This document shows positions 1-9,363 of a DNA stretch of 64,000 nucleotides, piece after piece; positions within the stretch are counted from its first letter, which is position 1, and each line of letters starts with the position of its first letter. Source of the DNA: a virus (taxonomy: Duplodnaviria > Caudoviricetes); the IMG/VR virus record IMGVR_UViG_3300012930_000003, positions 1,246 through 65,245 of that record; one strand, 5' to 3'. A program made the position numbers and the translations under genes. The notes beneath the pieces are model-generated. The model had not been told where the DNA came from. It searched no databases and worked only from the letters and a program-made list of their open reading frames with translations.

Positions 1-65
1 TAGCCAGGTACGAACGCATCAACTGATCGAGGACATGCGGAACGTATCCGAGCTCCACCCTAGGG

Positions 66-425
66 ATGATAGGTGATGCCGACATTCCTGCGCGGTTGCT
101 GATGTCAGGAACCGTCGAATGGGCAGTCCTGATTTTTCTCGGGGGGATTGCGGCCGGTTCAATGACGCTTGCTTGGGCGGCTCGTGGGATATTGGCGCGT
201 TTCGAATCAAAATACGACGCCTCGCTGGCGGCACTATCTCGGGATGTGCAGGACCGGAACTTCCTCGTCAAATACGATCTGGCGATTGCGCGGCTTGAGA
301 AGGATTTAGAACATGACAAAAATAATCTGAAACATCATGCGGTCATGTCTGGGGAAATGCACGACGATCTACTGAAGGTTCAATTTGAACTCGCCCGGCT
401 TGGGAAGTTGGTTAATGGCAAGTAG
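66..425 (+). CDS. Membrane-anchored coiled-coil protein, probably the last gene of the late/lysis operon
   Basis: N-terminal hydrophobic helix (WAVLIFLGGIAAGSMTLAWAA) followed by a heptad-rich region. Same strand as the late genes and converges on the early arm. Confidence 0.5.
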   Translation: MIGDADIPARLLMSGTVEWAVLIFLGGIAAGSMTLAWAARGILARFESKYDASLAALSRDVQDRNFLVKYDLAIARLEKDLEHDKNNLKHHAVMSGEMHDDLLKVQFELARLGKLVNGK

Positions 426-446
426 GGTTACTGATGAAATGAGTGG

Positions 447-3039
447 TCATTGGCCAGCATCGCTAGGGTGTGGTGCGTCGAACAAAGCTTTGTCATACGC
501 TAAAAGCTTGCAACTCGCGCACTTTTTGTTTTCTTTACTGACCAAAGTTGGCGTACCGCAATCCTCGCAAAATGATCGCCACTTCGCGTTTTTGCTGGCC
601 GCTATCTGTCGCGCGGATAGCGTTGATTTATTATTCCCTTTCATGGCGGCTCTCTCCATGTTCGCTTAGGATCGCTGGCGCCGCGCCCGGAACAGCACGC
701 GAAACGGCCAAGGCAAATCAACCATCTTGAATCGTCCGTCCCGCTTCTGCTCAGTCTCGACAAAGGTCTTGAATTCCATTTCGTGCACTAAGCCGCAATC
801 GCAGCACTTCATCAGGTAGCCCTTCATGACCGGGGCTTGCCAGTCGCACCATCCGCCGCGGCGCTCAATCATCTTTTTGAATCGGGCCATGTTGCTGCCT
901 GTTTAGGACTGGCGATGCTCAAGATGGACGACGGCCGCCATCCCCTTCGCCGTAATGAATAGGTCGGGCATTTCGGTCGGCCCACGGTTGACAACAAGCC
1001 CGGCCTTAAGTGCATCGCCATAACCGCAGCATCTGGCGGCACAGGTGCTCAGCGAGCCGGTTTTGCGGTTGTAGCTTGCCAGCCACTCCAATTGCTCTCG
1101 GGTCATGGTTGATCCCCTGCTCAACATCGAAAGACCCCTAGACGTCCCCGCCCATCGGGCAGCCGCCACGCATTACGGGCGCTGCGCATTGACCGCCGTT
1201 CTTGAACACCCGCTTGCAAGAGGGGCATTTGGAGAGGCTGGCCGATGATGGTGTTTCCCGATAAATCCCGCACATCATGCATCGCTGATTCTGACCGTCC
1301 GTCTCAGGCCATATTTTCCAGTCGTGCGGACAACTGAGCCCCTTGAGCACTGCCGCATCCAGTTGTCGGCGAAATGCATCGCTCATTGTCGCATCTCCTG
1401 ATCCACAACCATCCAGACAAGGGCGCCATCAGCCGCGTCATCGTCAGGGTCCAAGCCGCGTCGCTTGCATTCCTCCCGGGCTTCAATCTCGCGCTCTTGC
1501 TCCGGCGTGATGTCATAGTGGCCGCTGTCAATTAGGTGGTCGCCGTAAGTAATACCCATTTTAGCTCCTTTCTGTCCCCCGATCTTCGGTCAAAGGATCG
1601 TTAGAGTACCTTGTCGAGGCTGGCCAAGATCGCCAGCCACTTCTCTTTGTCATCGTATTCCGAAGTCACCTCGCCAGCCGCAGTCGTATACTGAATCGTG
1701 AACTTGGCTTGCCGCTCCTGCACCCACGACTGCACCGCGTAGACTGGCCGTTGCAAATGCAGATGCAAGATGCCGCCGAAGCGTATCTTGATGCATTCGT
1801 AGCTGACAGATACTTCCGGTGCCATGGCCTACCTAATTATCGTGGTTCAATCTTAGTGTTTCTTCATAGATGTGTTGCTGCGAGCGGGTTGCGGCCTCTT
1901 CTGCGATCCGTTTGGCATCTTCTTCGGATACCCACGGATAGCGATCTATAATTTGCTCGGCGGTCATAGGGTCCCTCGGTGTTCGGTCAGGATCGCTTTG
2001 CTCTGGCGATATATTTCTTGATGGCAGAAAGGACTGGCGCGTGCTGCCCGTCGTGGTCAGCATCCAACGTGTAGTAAATGCACGATCCAAAGTGCCCATT
2101 ATATTCGACGTCTCGCACGCCCGGCAGTTTGTCGAGTTGAGCGAATAGATCGGTACCGTCGATCAGTCTGGCCTTGTCCAATCGGACAATTGCGCGAAAA
2201 TCATCAACGGGCAACTGAATGGCAAAGGACACGGCTGTTATTTCTGGGGTCACTTGGGCTCTCCATTCGTCACAGCGTCACTCTTCTTCGCAAATATCGT
2301 TGAGTGCATCTTCAACGTCGGTCCCTTCGATGTTTTCGTAGGCGACCACGGCCATACTCCACATCGACTGTTCCTGCGGGTGGGTTGCCTGGTCAAAGCG
2401 GTAGCCGGGTTCCACCTGATAACCCATCATGCCGTAGAACACGCGGGCAAGGGCGTTCGCGTCGTCAACGATCTCGCGAGAGGTTCGGAAGGTTTCGGTT
2501 TCTACACTCATGGGGATTCCTCTATGTCTACTGATGATCGTGGTTGGTCATTACCCGATCAATCTGTTTCATTTGCCACTCCAGCAGTAGCCTCGGAGCT
2601 TGCAGTTCGTGGTCGCCCATCGGGTGAACAGACATGGCGTCGCATTCGATCAACTCAATCAGGTTATAGGCAAATTGCCGAGCGAGTTTTGGCATGGTTC
2701 GGATGGATCGGTGGAGATTGCGGGCGAGATCATCAAGGTCTGAGTTCATTGTCATTCCATCCGTTTTTGATATTTTGGCGATGGCTTGTCGCGCGGCGGC
2801 GGTGTGGAAATGATGGCCCCGGGCAATTGACCATCGCATGGCGCGCTGACCGTCGTTACCAGACCATCGCGGGTCATGACGTTGAACGTGCATTTCTCTG
2901 GCGTCAAGATTTGATCGGGGCGGTATTTGCCGCAGTCGTAGATTGGCACGCCGTCGACCATTGCGGTCGGGCGGCATTCGTATGCTGGGCCGATGGTCAA
3001 GTGCCCAGTGAGGGTGAGGATAAGGACGGCGGATTTCAT
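447..3039 (-). CDS. Array of about 11 small hypothetical early genes (e.g. 447-659, 666-890, 1138-1386, 1383-1559, 1601-1825, 1987-2253, 2278-2511, 2752-3039)
   Basis: Tightly packed co-directional short ORFs, several with good RBSs or CxxC pairs. No family recognised. Confidence 0.55.
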
Positions 3040-3121
3040 TTTCGGACTTGCGTATCGGTTCGGGTTGGTCGTAAGTTCCGGTTGCGGGGAATGTCGCCCC
3101 AGAACCCGCGCTTTGTAGTCC

Positions 3122-3670
3122 TCACCTTCGGCCCGAGCGGGAATCGCTCGGGCCGTTGGCGTTTCGATTTACCTGATGGTTCGGTCCGGCCCACGGTTCC
3201 GCGCGGAGATTGGCCAGAGTGCCGACCTTGCCTTCGATCCTCTGCAATATCCGGAATATCGGCGCGTAGGCTTCCTCAAGGCGGATTGCGAGGATTTCAC
3301 TGATGCCTGACCGGATCAGTTGTTCCTCGTATCTGATATTCGGTCGTGGCCCGATTGAGAACAGCCGCCAGTCTGTCAGGGCTGTGGCGACGTGTTGCTG
3401 CCATTTTTCCCGCGCGGTCAACTTTATCTCCGAATCGAATTGATGACAGTGGCGATATCGTCTGCGGTTTGCTGGGACCGCAGGCGGACGTTGGATAGAA
3501 CCGAATTGCTGCCGGACGGTCTCATGCTGGCGGACCATCTCGGCCGCTTCTTCCATCGGCATGAACTGGATGAGGCTGGCGCGGTAGACATCCTCGCTAA
3601 ATTCACCATCGCGGTATCGCTGGGATAGCGCGTCGATGAGTTCCGCTATGTCGCGTTCGTGGTAGGCCAT
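3122..3670 (-). CDS. Hypothetical protein
   Basis: ATG at 3670 coupled (TAATG) to the stop of the upstream small gene. Confidence 0.55.
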   Translation of the reverse strand: MAYHERDIAELIDALSQRYRDGEFSEDVYRASLIQFMPMEEAAEMVRQHETVRQQFGSIQRPPAVPANRRRYRHCHQFDSEIKLTAREKWQQHVATALTDWRLFSIGPRPNIRYEEQLIRSGISEILAIRLEEAYAPIFRILQRIEGKVGTLANLRAEPWAGPNHQVNRNANGPSDSRSGRR

Positions 3671-3834
3671 TATTTTCTGGTCTCCAGAAACCATGATGCC
3701 GTTATGTAATGAACAATTGGGATAATAGCCCAGACTGGAGTTCCAAAAAAATGCAATGCTATTCCGACCGCAGAGGCCAGAAAGAGGGTGAACAGATAAT
3801 CACACCATCCACATGGATATTCGCTGCCGGCCAT
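3670..3834 (-). CDS. Small membrane protein, 54 aa (below the ORF-track cutoff)
   Basis: MAGSEYPCGWCDYLFTLFLASAVGIALHFFGTPVWAIIPIVHYITASWFLETRK, with TAATG coupling at both ends. Confidence 0.55.
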   Translation of the reverse strand: MAGSEYPCGWCDYLFTLFLASAVGIALHFFGTPVWAIIPIVHYITASWFLETRK

Positions 3835-4400
3835 TACCATCCCGCCCATTTTGTGGTGCCGTCCAGCGCTATTTCTGCGTACTCCATCGGTCGTTGGCGC
3901 GGATGTGAATGATAGTCCGGACGGTCACTCCATGCTTGTTCGCCAGCCGTTGGGCCAAACCCGGCGGCGCCCGGGTCAAACCCCGCGCTTTCTGCAGCTT
4001 GTCGGCCATCTTGTAGACCTTGCGGATTTCGCGGACCTGGGCCAGCGTAAGTATTGGATTGATGGCGGAAGATAGGGCCGCCCGAGGCGAGTATGGGCGT
4101 TTGCTGAACGGCCGCTTCTTTGGCATAGAAATACCCTTCAAGGTAGGCGAGGCGCTTCTCGACCGATAGCCGATCAATCGTGGCGTTGGCATCGTCCAGT
4201 TCGGCGGCCATGGCGTGCATGGCGGTGAGTTGTCTCGGCATATCGGAGAGCCGGTGTTCCAGTTCCACGACCATCGCGTTTTTGCTGGAAATGTCGCTGA
4301 CTAGTGCCATGATGCGCGCCTCCATCGTTGCCATCTGGCGGCGCTGCCAGCGGATGGTCACGGCGGGCGATTCGTCGCGTGGGCGTCGGGGGAATGGCAT
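3834..4400 (-). CDS. Coiled-coil hypothetical protein
   Basis: TAATG coupling to the exonuclease stop and to the next gene. Heptad pattern in the N-terminal half. Confidence 0.6.
   Translation of the reverse strand: MPFPRRPRDESPAVTIRWQRRQMATMEARIMALVSDISSKNAMVVELEHRLSDMPRQLTAMHAMAAELDDANATIDRLSVEKRLAYLEGYFYAKEAAVQQTPILASGGPIFRHQSNTYAGPGPRNPQGLQDGRQAAESAGFDPGAAGFGPTAGEQAWSDRPDYHSHPRQRPMEYAEIALDGTTKWAGW
3869..4126 (-). CDS. Small HTH DNA-binding protein nested in another frame of 3834-4400
   Basis: LTLAQVREIR...LANKHGVTVRTIIHIRANDRW matches the HTH pattern at the C-terminus of the HNH at 10360-10908. GAAGGG RBS upstream. Confidence 0.55.
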   Translation of the reverse strand: MPKKRPFSKRPYSPRAALSSAINPILTLAQVREIRKVYKMADKLQKARGLTRAPPGLAQRLANKHGVTVRTIIHIRANDRWSTQK

Positions 4401-5059
4401 TATGCGCGGTCCTTCGCATAGTGAACGGCCGGAACGGGCATCGCGCCCATCTCCTTGAGCTTTCGCAACAGCGCCAAGCATGCATAGGCGTCGGCCTTAG
4501 CCGTGTGATCTCCGAACTCCTCCATGTGGAAGAAAACGCAAGATTCCGACAGCGACGGCCACTTATATCCGCCGCGATTGCCCCGAGGCGGTATTTTGCA
4601 GATGTCAGTCAGCGCCCGCATGGTGCAGATGTTCGGCGCGCGCTCGAAACGGTCATCCATGCCGGCGCGGCGGAGTTCGGCGCGGATTTGCTTCGCATCG
4701 TGCTGCGAGTTGTGACACGCCATGATGCGCCCGTTGTCGACGGCGCTGGAATATTCGTTGAGGGCCTCCGTGATCGGAACGCCGTGTTCGTTGAGAAATT
4801 CCGTCGTCAGGCCGTTGACCTTCGTTGCGCCCTCAGTCATTTCCCATCCGTCGGGCCGGATATAGACCGAGTATTCCTTCTCGACCTCCAAAGCCGCATT
4901 GACGAAAAGCATGGTCAGGGACGCCATGCGCGGCTGTCCGTCGGCATCGGCCGGTTCCTTGTAATTAAATAACCCTGTGCCCTCGGTGTCCGTCACAATG
5001 TAGCCGGGATGGGGTTCGGTGGCGGCGGTTTCTGTCTGAGTATCGTCCATGTCGCTCAT
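4400..5059 (-). CDS. DEDDh 3'-5' exonuclease (DnaQ/epsilon-like)
   Basis: ExoI DTEGTG, ExoII HNSQHD and ExoIII HTAKAD motifs. AAGGAG RBS before ATG 5059. Confidence 0.85.
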   Translation of the reverse strand: MSDMDDTQTETAATEPHPGYIVTDTEGTGLFNYKEPADADGQPRMASLTMLFVNAALEVEKEYSVYIRPDGWEMTEGATKVNGLTTEFLNEHGVPITEALNEYSSAVDNGRIMACHNSQHDAKQIRAELRRAGMDDRFERAPNICTMRALTDICKIPPRGNRGGYKWPSLSESCVFFHMEEFGDHTAKADAYACLALLRKLKEMGAMPVPAVHYAKDRA

Positions 5060-5075
5060 TGTTGTCTCCTTGGGG

Positions 5076-6791
5076 TTAATCGAACAGATTGGCGGATGCG
5101 GTAGCGCCGCCGCCGGTAACGTGTACGAGTTCGCGGGCATTGAGGCGTTGCAGATAGGCGTCGCGGCTGGATCGCTTGTATCCGGTGGCTTCGTCTATTG
5201 CGCCGCGTGGAACGTGGTCGGGGTATTGCTGGATGAGAATATCAAGCACCTTGCGCTCGCCTTCGGGCAGGGTCCGGAGGACGTGATCGCGGAGCGCGGC
5301 TCCAGTCGGCAGCGGATTGAAGTCGTCGCCAAGGGCCGCCACGCCTTCCGCGCTCGCCTCGATACGGTCACCGCGAGCGAATGATAGATACCCGCGTTCC
5401 TTGAGCCGCTGGATATAGGCGTCCCTGGATGACCGCTTATAGCCCGTGAGGACGGTAAGCTGCTGGCGGGTGACGCCGTTGGGGTGCTGCGCTGCGGCGA
5501 TCAGGCAGGCGCGCTCGCCTTTGGGCAGAGCGGCTCCGTTGGCATCAGCTTTTGCGCCCTTGTAGATGTGCCGGACATGCGGTTGGCTGGTGATGTCGGT
5601 TCCCGTGCGGGCGTCGATCACGCGGCGGGCTGGCACCACGACATTGACGGGCTTGGGGCGCATCCCCTGAGCATCGTCAAAAGCCTTATCGGCGAGCCGC
5701 TGGGCCTCCTTGACGGCCGCCAGCGTGGCCGCCTCAAGTTCCCGCATGACGTCGACGATGTGCTGGCGGCCGGCCGATATGCCCTCCTGATAGGCTTGGT
5801 TCCTGATGGTTTGACGTTCTTCCTCAGCCAATGGCGCGGGAACCGCTGGCTGGCGGGCCACATCTGCCCGTAGGCGCGTTATTTCAGCCCGGAGAGCCTT
5901 CAGGTCGTTCGCCTTGGCATCCGCCTCCAAGGCCGTCAGGCGACCCTTGAGGGCATCCAGATTGACTGGGGCTAGCTCCGGCCCCTTGCCGTCGCCGATA
6001 TCGGGGGCGCGGCTGCTATCGAACGTGGTCGGCAGCGGGAACCGGACATGGCGCAGCACGTCGTCCTGCGGCGACCATACCCATGCCTCGCCGGGTTTGA
6101 GCGACGGCAGTGATGCGATGATTTCCCGGCCCTTCTGGGGGTCGGCTTGATCTGCAATCCAATCGGCGATGGCCTTGCGGTCCTGCGGCGCCATCAGGCG
6201 CATGGCGACAAGGCTCTGCGCTTGCGTGAGGCTGTCCTTGTGCAGCTTGGCCGGTCGCTGCGATATCATGGCGATGCGCAGCCCACGGGACCGGCCCAGC
6301 GAAACCAGATTGTTGCCGGCGTGCAGCATCGCTGGCACCGCGCCTCCGACGGCCGCGCCAGCTTGCGGCATGAACAGATGGGCCTCGTCGATGACAAGGT
6401 GCATCGGTCCCTTGTTTTTCCGGCGGATAGCCTCGGCGAATTCGGTAAAGAACGAGGTCCGCTCCGAAACCGTCATCAGCGACATATCGAAGATGGCCGA
6501 ATCGCTACTGGTCGCGAATGTCTCCGCCAGCACAACGGCATCCCGCGCGCGCAACGGATAATCGGCATGGTCCCCGCCGAAAATGTAAATCGGGAAGCCT
6601 TTGCCTTTGCCGTCCGCTTTCAGTCGAAGTCCCCACCAAGCAGAAGTTGGGTCCAGAATGCAAACCCGGTGCCCAGCCGCCAATGCGGGCTCAACCAACC
6701 CGCGTTTTGCAGCACTTGTTTTTCCGGAACCCGTGGCCCCAAGAAACGCGATGTGTTTTCCGATGGCGCCGGCAGGTATTAAATCAGTCAT
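5076..6791 (-). CDS. HerA/FtsK-superfamily (DUF87-like) ATPase with coiled coil and tandem C-terminal winged helices
   Basis: Walker A GATGSGKT, Walker B LVIDEAH, GRSRG and SQRP motifs. The repeat TGYKRSSRDAY occurs twice at the C-terminus. Confidence 0.85.
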   Translation of the reverse strand: MTDLIPAGAIGKHIAFLGATGSGKTSAAKRGLVEPALAAGHRVCILDPTSAWWGLRLKADGKGKGFPIYIFGGDHADYPLRARDAVVLAETFATSSDSAIFDMSLMTVSERTSFFTEFAEAIRRKNKGPMHLVIDEAHLFMPQAGAAVGGAVPAMLHAGNNLVSLGRSRGLRIAMISQRPAKLHKDSLTQAQSLVAMRLMAPQDRKAIADWIADQADPQKGREIIASLPSLKPGEAWVWSPQDDVLRHVRFPLPTTFDSSRAPDIGDGKGPELAPVNLDALKGRLTALEADAKANDLKALRAEITRLRADVARQPAVPAPLAEEERQTIRNQAYQEGISAGRQHIVDVMRELEAATLAAVKEAQRLADKAFDDAQGMRPKPVNVVVPARRVIDARTGTDITSQPHVRHIYKGAKADANGAALPKGERACLIAAAQHPNGVTRQQLTVLTGYKRSSRDAYIQRLKERGYLSFARGDRIEASAEGVAALGDDFNPLPTGAALRDHVLRTLPEGERKVLDILIQQYPDHVPRGAIDEATGYKRSSRDAYLQRLNARELVHVTGGGATASANLFD

Positions 6792-7008
6792 GGGCCCCTC
6801 TCACTTTCTGGTGGATAAGTCGCCAGACAGAGGACTGGCTGATGCCGTATAGCGCCGCAGCGTCGCGCTGTTTCGTCTTGCCGTCGGCCATTAACGATCT
6901 GAGGTCAGCTACCTGCCGGTCTGATAGTGTCGCGACGCGGGAGGATTGCGCCACGATATCCACATACCTCACTTCGCTAATAAAATGGCTGGCATCGATG
7001 TGGATCAT
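6784..7008 (-). CDS. Small HTH protein (possible HNH-endonuclease remnant)
   Basis: LSDRQVADLR...QRDAAALYGISQSSVWRLI. Overlaps both neighbouring genes. Confidence 0.55.
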   Translation of the reverse strand: MIHIDASHFISEVRYVDIVAQSSRVATLSDRQVADLRSLMADGKTKQRDAAALYGISQSSVWRLIHQKVRGAHD

Positions 7009-7517
7009 TCTGGTTCCTCATAGGCTGATGCGGGAGGCGAGGGGCGGTCGTCCAGCGGAGGGCCATCGTTTGACGGCCATCCGGATTCGGTTCGGCGATT
7101 GCGGTCCTCGATTTCAGGCAACAGCGTTGTTGCGTCAAAGCCGAGTATTCGCGACAAAACCCAGAGAGCCCGGTTTTTGAAACGCTTGAACGGTTCCTCC
7201 GCCATTGACGCGAAGTTGATGCTTTTCGGCAAAAATATCATGCGTCCATCAACCAAGCGAAGCGGCCTTACGTGATTTACGGCGACCTTAAGTGCGTCCA
7301 AGAGCGTGTCCTCATCGGGGTATTCGGGTAGATGGTCGGAAGCCAAGTGCAGAATTGCAAAAAAATGGCGATGGTTTTTGGGACTTCTTGGCTTGCGCCA
7401 GTCCACGAGGATTTCCTTTCCCTCGGGGATGGCTTGCATCCATTCCTCGGCGACAAAATCGGCGGGGACGAGACAATTGCCCCGCCGAATAAACGCTTTG
7501 GCATCGAGGTCGGCCAT
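7005..7517 (-). CDS. DUF1367/NinB-like recombination accessory protein
   Basis: PRSPKNHRHFFAIL and PKSINFASM...F motifs. Adjacent to bet. Confidence 0.7.
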   Translation of the reverse strand: MADLDAKAFIRRGNCLVPADFVAEEWMQAIPEGKEILVDWRKPRSPKNHRHFFAILHLASDHLPEYPDEDTLLDALKVAVNHVRPLRLVDGRMIFLPKSINFASMAEEPFKRFKNRALWVLSRILGFDATTLLPEIEDRNRRTESGWPSNDGPPLDDRPSPPASAYEEPE

Positions 7518-7518
7518 A

Positions 7519-9021
7519 TCAGTCCCCGCCGAGCCGCTTTTCGTGCTTGTTGAAGATACCTTGGGCCGCGTCCGAATCCGGCGGGAATTCCAGTTTGGCG
7601 GCCAGCGGTTCGCAGACCTGATCCCAGACGCCTTGCAGCATATCGGGGTCGTCGACGGCGGCGAGTTCGGTATCAATCAATTTTAGAATTGCCTCGGGGT
7701 CCGTCGGCGCGTCGGGTGCGTCGCCGTCCATATCGCCGGGCGCGTTCATATCGGCCGGCGGCGCGGCTTTCTTCGCGGCCTTTTTCTCTGCCTTTTCCTG
7801 TGCGTCCCGGAATGCCTGCATGACTTTCTCAATGGTTTTTTTGACATCACCGGCAACCGAAGGCTTGCCACGGGCCAGCTTTCCGAGAGGTTCGTTATTG
7901 AGGTCGATCCATTTATACAAAACGGAGATATCCGGCGAAGTGCGGATGAGGTCCTGATACTTGGCGGCCCATGTGTCGTAGGTCTCGCCCGTGCCTGGGA
8001 TTTTGTGCGGCTGCGGCCCCGGGTCGGACGGCCCATCGTCCTTTGGCGCGGGCGCGGCCGGTTTCGGTGCCGTGGTTCGCGGCGGGCCGGAACTGATCGG
8101 GTCGGCCTTGGTCTCCTTCGGCTGGCGCGGCGGCGGGGTGCCGTCGCGGGCTTCCTCGGGTTCGGTTGGGGCCGGTTCGGACTTCGGCGGGGCGATGGCG
8201 CGCGGCGGTCCCGCATCCTTGTTCCCGGTCGTGGCGGCATCGGTCACGGCTGGCATGTCGACGCTGAGATCGTGTACGTTGCGTCCGATCATTTCCTCGG
8301 CGGTGAGCTCGTTGCCGATTTCCTCGGGGAACGCGCGGCGGAGCGCGGCGGCCTCGGCGCATTTCTCAAGCTGGCCTTCGGGCCGTTCCTGCCACATCTT
8401 ATTCGGCAACTCGCTGGCGCCCTGCGTGGCGTAGGTCTCAAGCCACGCGACTTTCGGCCCGACGAACTTGCACCGCGATCCATCAACGATGCGATAGACC
8501 GTGATGCGGCACCATTCGGGGAATTCCATATCCACTGCCGCGTCTTTCCACTCGCCCTTTTCCTTCACCCGGCCCTTGAATGTCATGGTGATGGGTTCGC
8601 CGAACTGCGCTTCGTCGCAGCCGGCATATCCCTTCGTTCGGGATGCGGTGGTGCGCAACTCGCTGATGCCAGGCCAAACGGTTTCGACCATCGCGCCGCG
8701 ACCGCTATCCCACATGGGCACGATGTGAACCGGCCGCTTCATGATATCAAGGCCGCGCGACTTGCAATAGGACAGCGCCATCACAATCGAGTCGGCGGTT
8801 TTGGCTGCCGGGAAGATAGCCTCAACGAGGACCTTCCACGTTCCCTTATCGAGGCCAAATCTCTCCTCGATCGCCGGGTGATACGGCAGGCGCGCGGGCT
8901 GGAAAATCGCGACCTCGCCTTTGCTGGTTGACTGATCGGCGACGGTATCGGTTCGTTCTGCGGTCTGTGTCTGCACGGCGTCGCCTTTCGGTTTGTTTTT
9001 GATTCCGGGTGGTCGGCCCAT
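7519..9021 (-). CDS. bet: Phage single-strand annealing protein Bet (RecT family) with long Pro-rich linker
   Basis: YCKSRGLD, GISELRTTASRTKGYAG and MWQERPEGQLEKCAEAAALRRAFP motifs. Confidence 0.88.
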   Translation of the reverse strand: MGRPPGIKNKPKGDAVQTQTAERTDTVADQSTSKGEVAIFQPARLPYHPAIEERFGLDKGTWKVLVEAIFPAAKTADSIVMALSYCKSRGLDIMKRPVHIVPMWDSGRGAMVETVWPGISELRTTASRTKGYAGCDEAQFGEPITMTFKGRVKEKGEWKDAAVDMEFPEWCRITVYRIVDGSRCKFVGPKVAWLETYATQGASELPNKMWQERPEGQLEKCAEAAALRRAFPEEIGNELTAEEMIGRNVHDLSVDMPAVTDAATTGNKDAGPPRAIAPPKSEPAPTEPEEARDGTPPPRQPKETKADPISSGPPRTTAPKPAAPAPKDDGPSDPGPQPHKIPGTGETYDTWAAKYQDLIRTSPDISVLYKWIDLNNEPLGKLARGKPSVAGDVKKTIEKVMQAFRDAQEKAEKKAAKKAAPPADMNAPGDMDGDAPDAPTDPEAILKLIDTELAAVDDPDMLQGVWDQVCEPLAAKLEFPPDSDAAQGIFNKHEKRLGGD

Positions 9022-9033
9022 TTTTAGCTCCTG

Positions 9034-9363
9034 TTAAAACGGCATATCATCGTCATCGTCTGCCTTCGGACGATTGGCGGCAATCTGATTGCGGACGGCC
9101 TTGAGTTCCAAGTCCGCTTGCGCGACGGCCCCGCGCAACTGGTCGCGCTGGCGGTAAAGCTGGTTGACTTCCTCGCGGAGCGATTCGGGATCGGCGAGAA
9201 CCGGCGACTTGCCGTCTACCTGCGACCGCACCCATACCGATAATTCGAGCAAGATATCTTCGGGAACGTCGCCGTCCAAGACGGATGCCTCAGCCTCTAC
9301 GGCTTGGTGCGAGTAGCCGGGGCCGGTGACAAGCTTGCGGTAACGAACTGCGGTGATAATCAT
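9034..9363 (-). CDS. Small coiled-coil protein with SSB-like acidic tail
   Basis: Ends in DDDDDMPF. ATGA overlap with the upstream gene. Confidence 0.65.
   Translation of the reverse strand: MIITAVRYRKLVTGPGYSHQAVEAEASVLDGDVPEDILLELSVWVRSQVDGKSPVLADPESLREEVNQLYRQRDQLRGAVAQADLELKAVRNQIAANRPKADDDDDMPF

Noticed and set aside
1555-1569. Repeat AGGAGCTAAAA(A)TGGG on the minus strand, also at about 9018-9032
   Set aside because: Explained as a shared strong RBS-start context, and too short to call a mobile or regulatory repeat.
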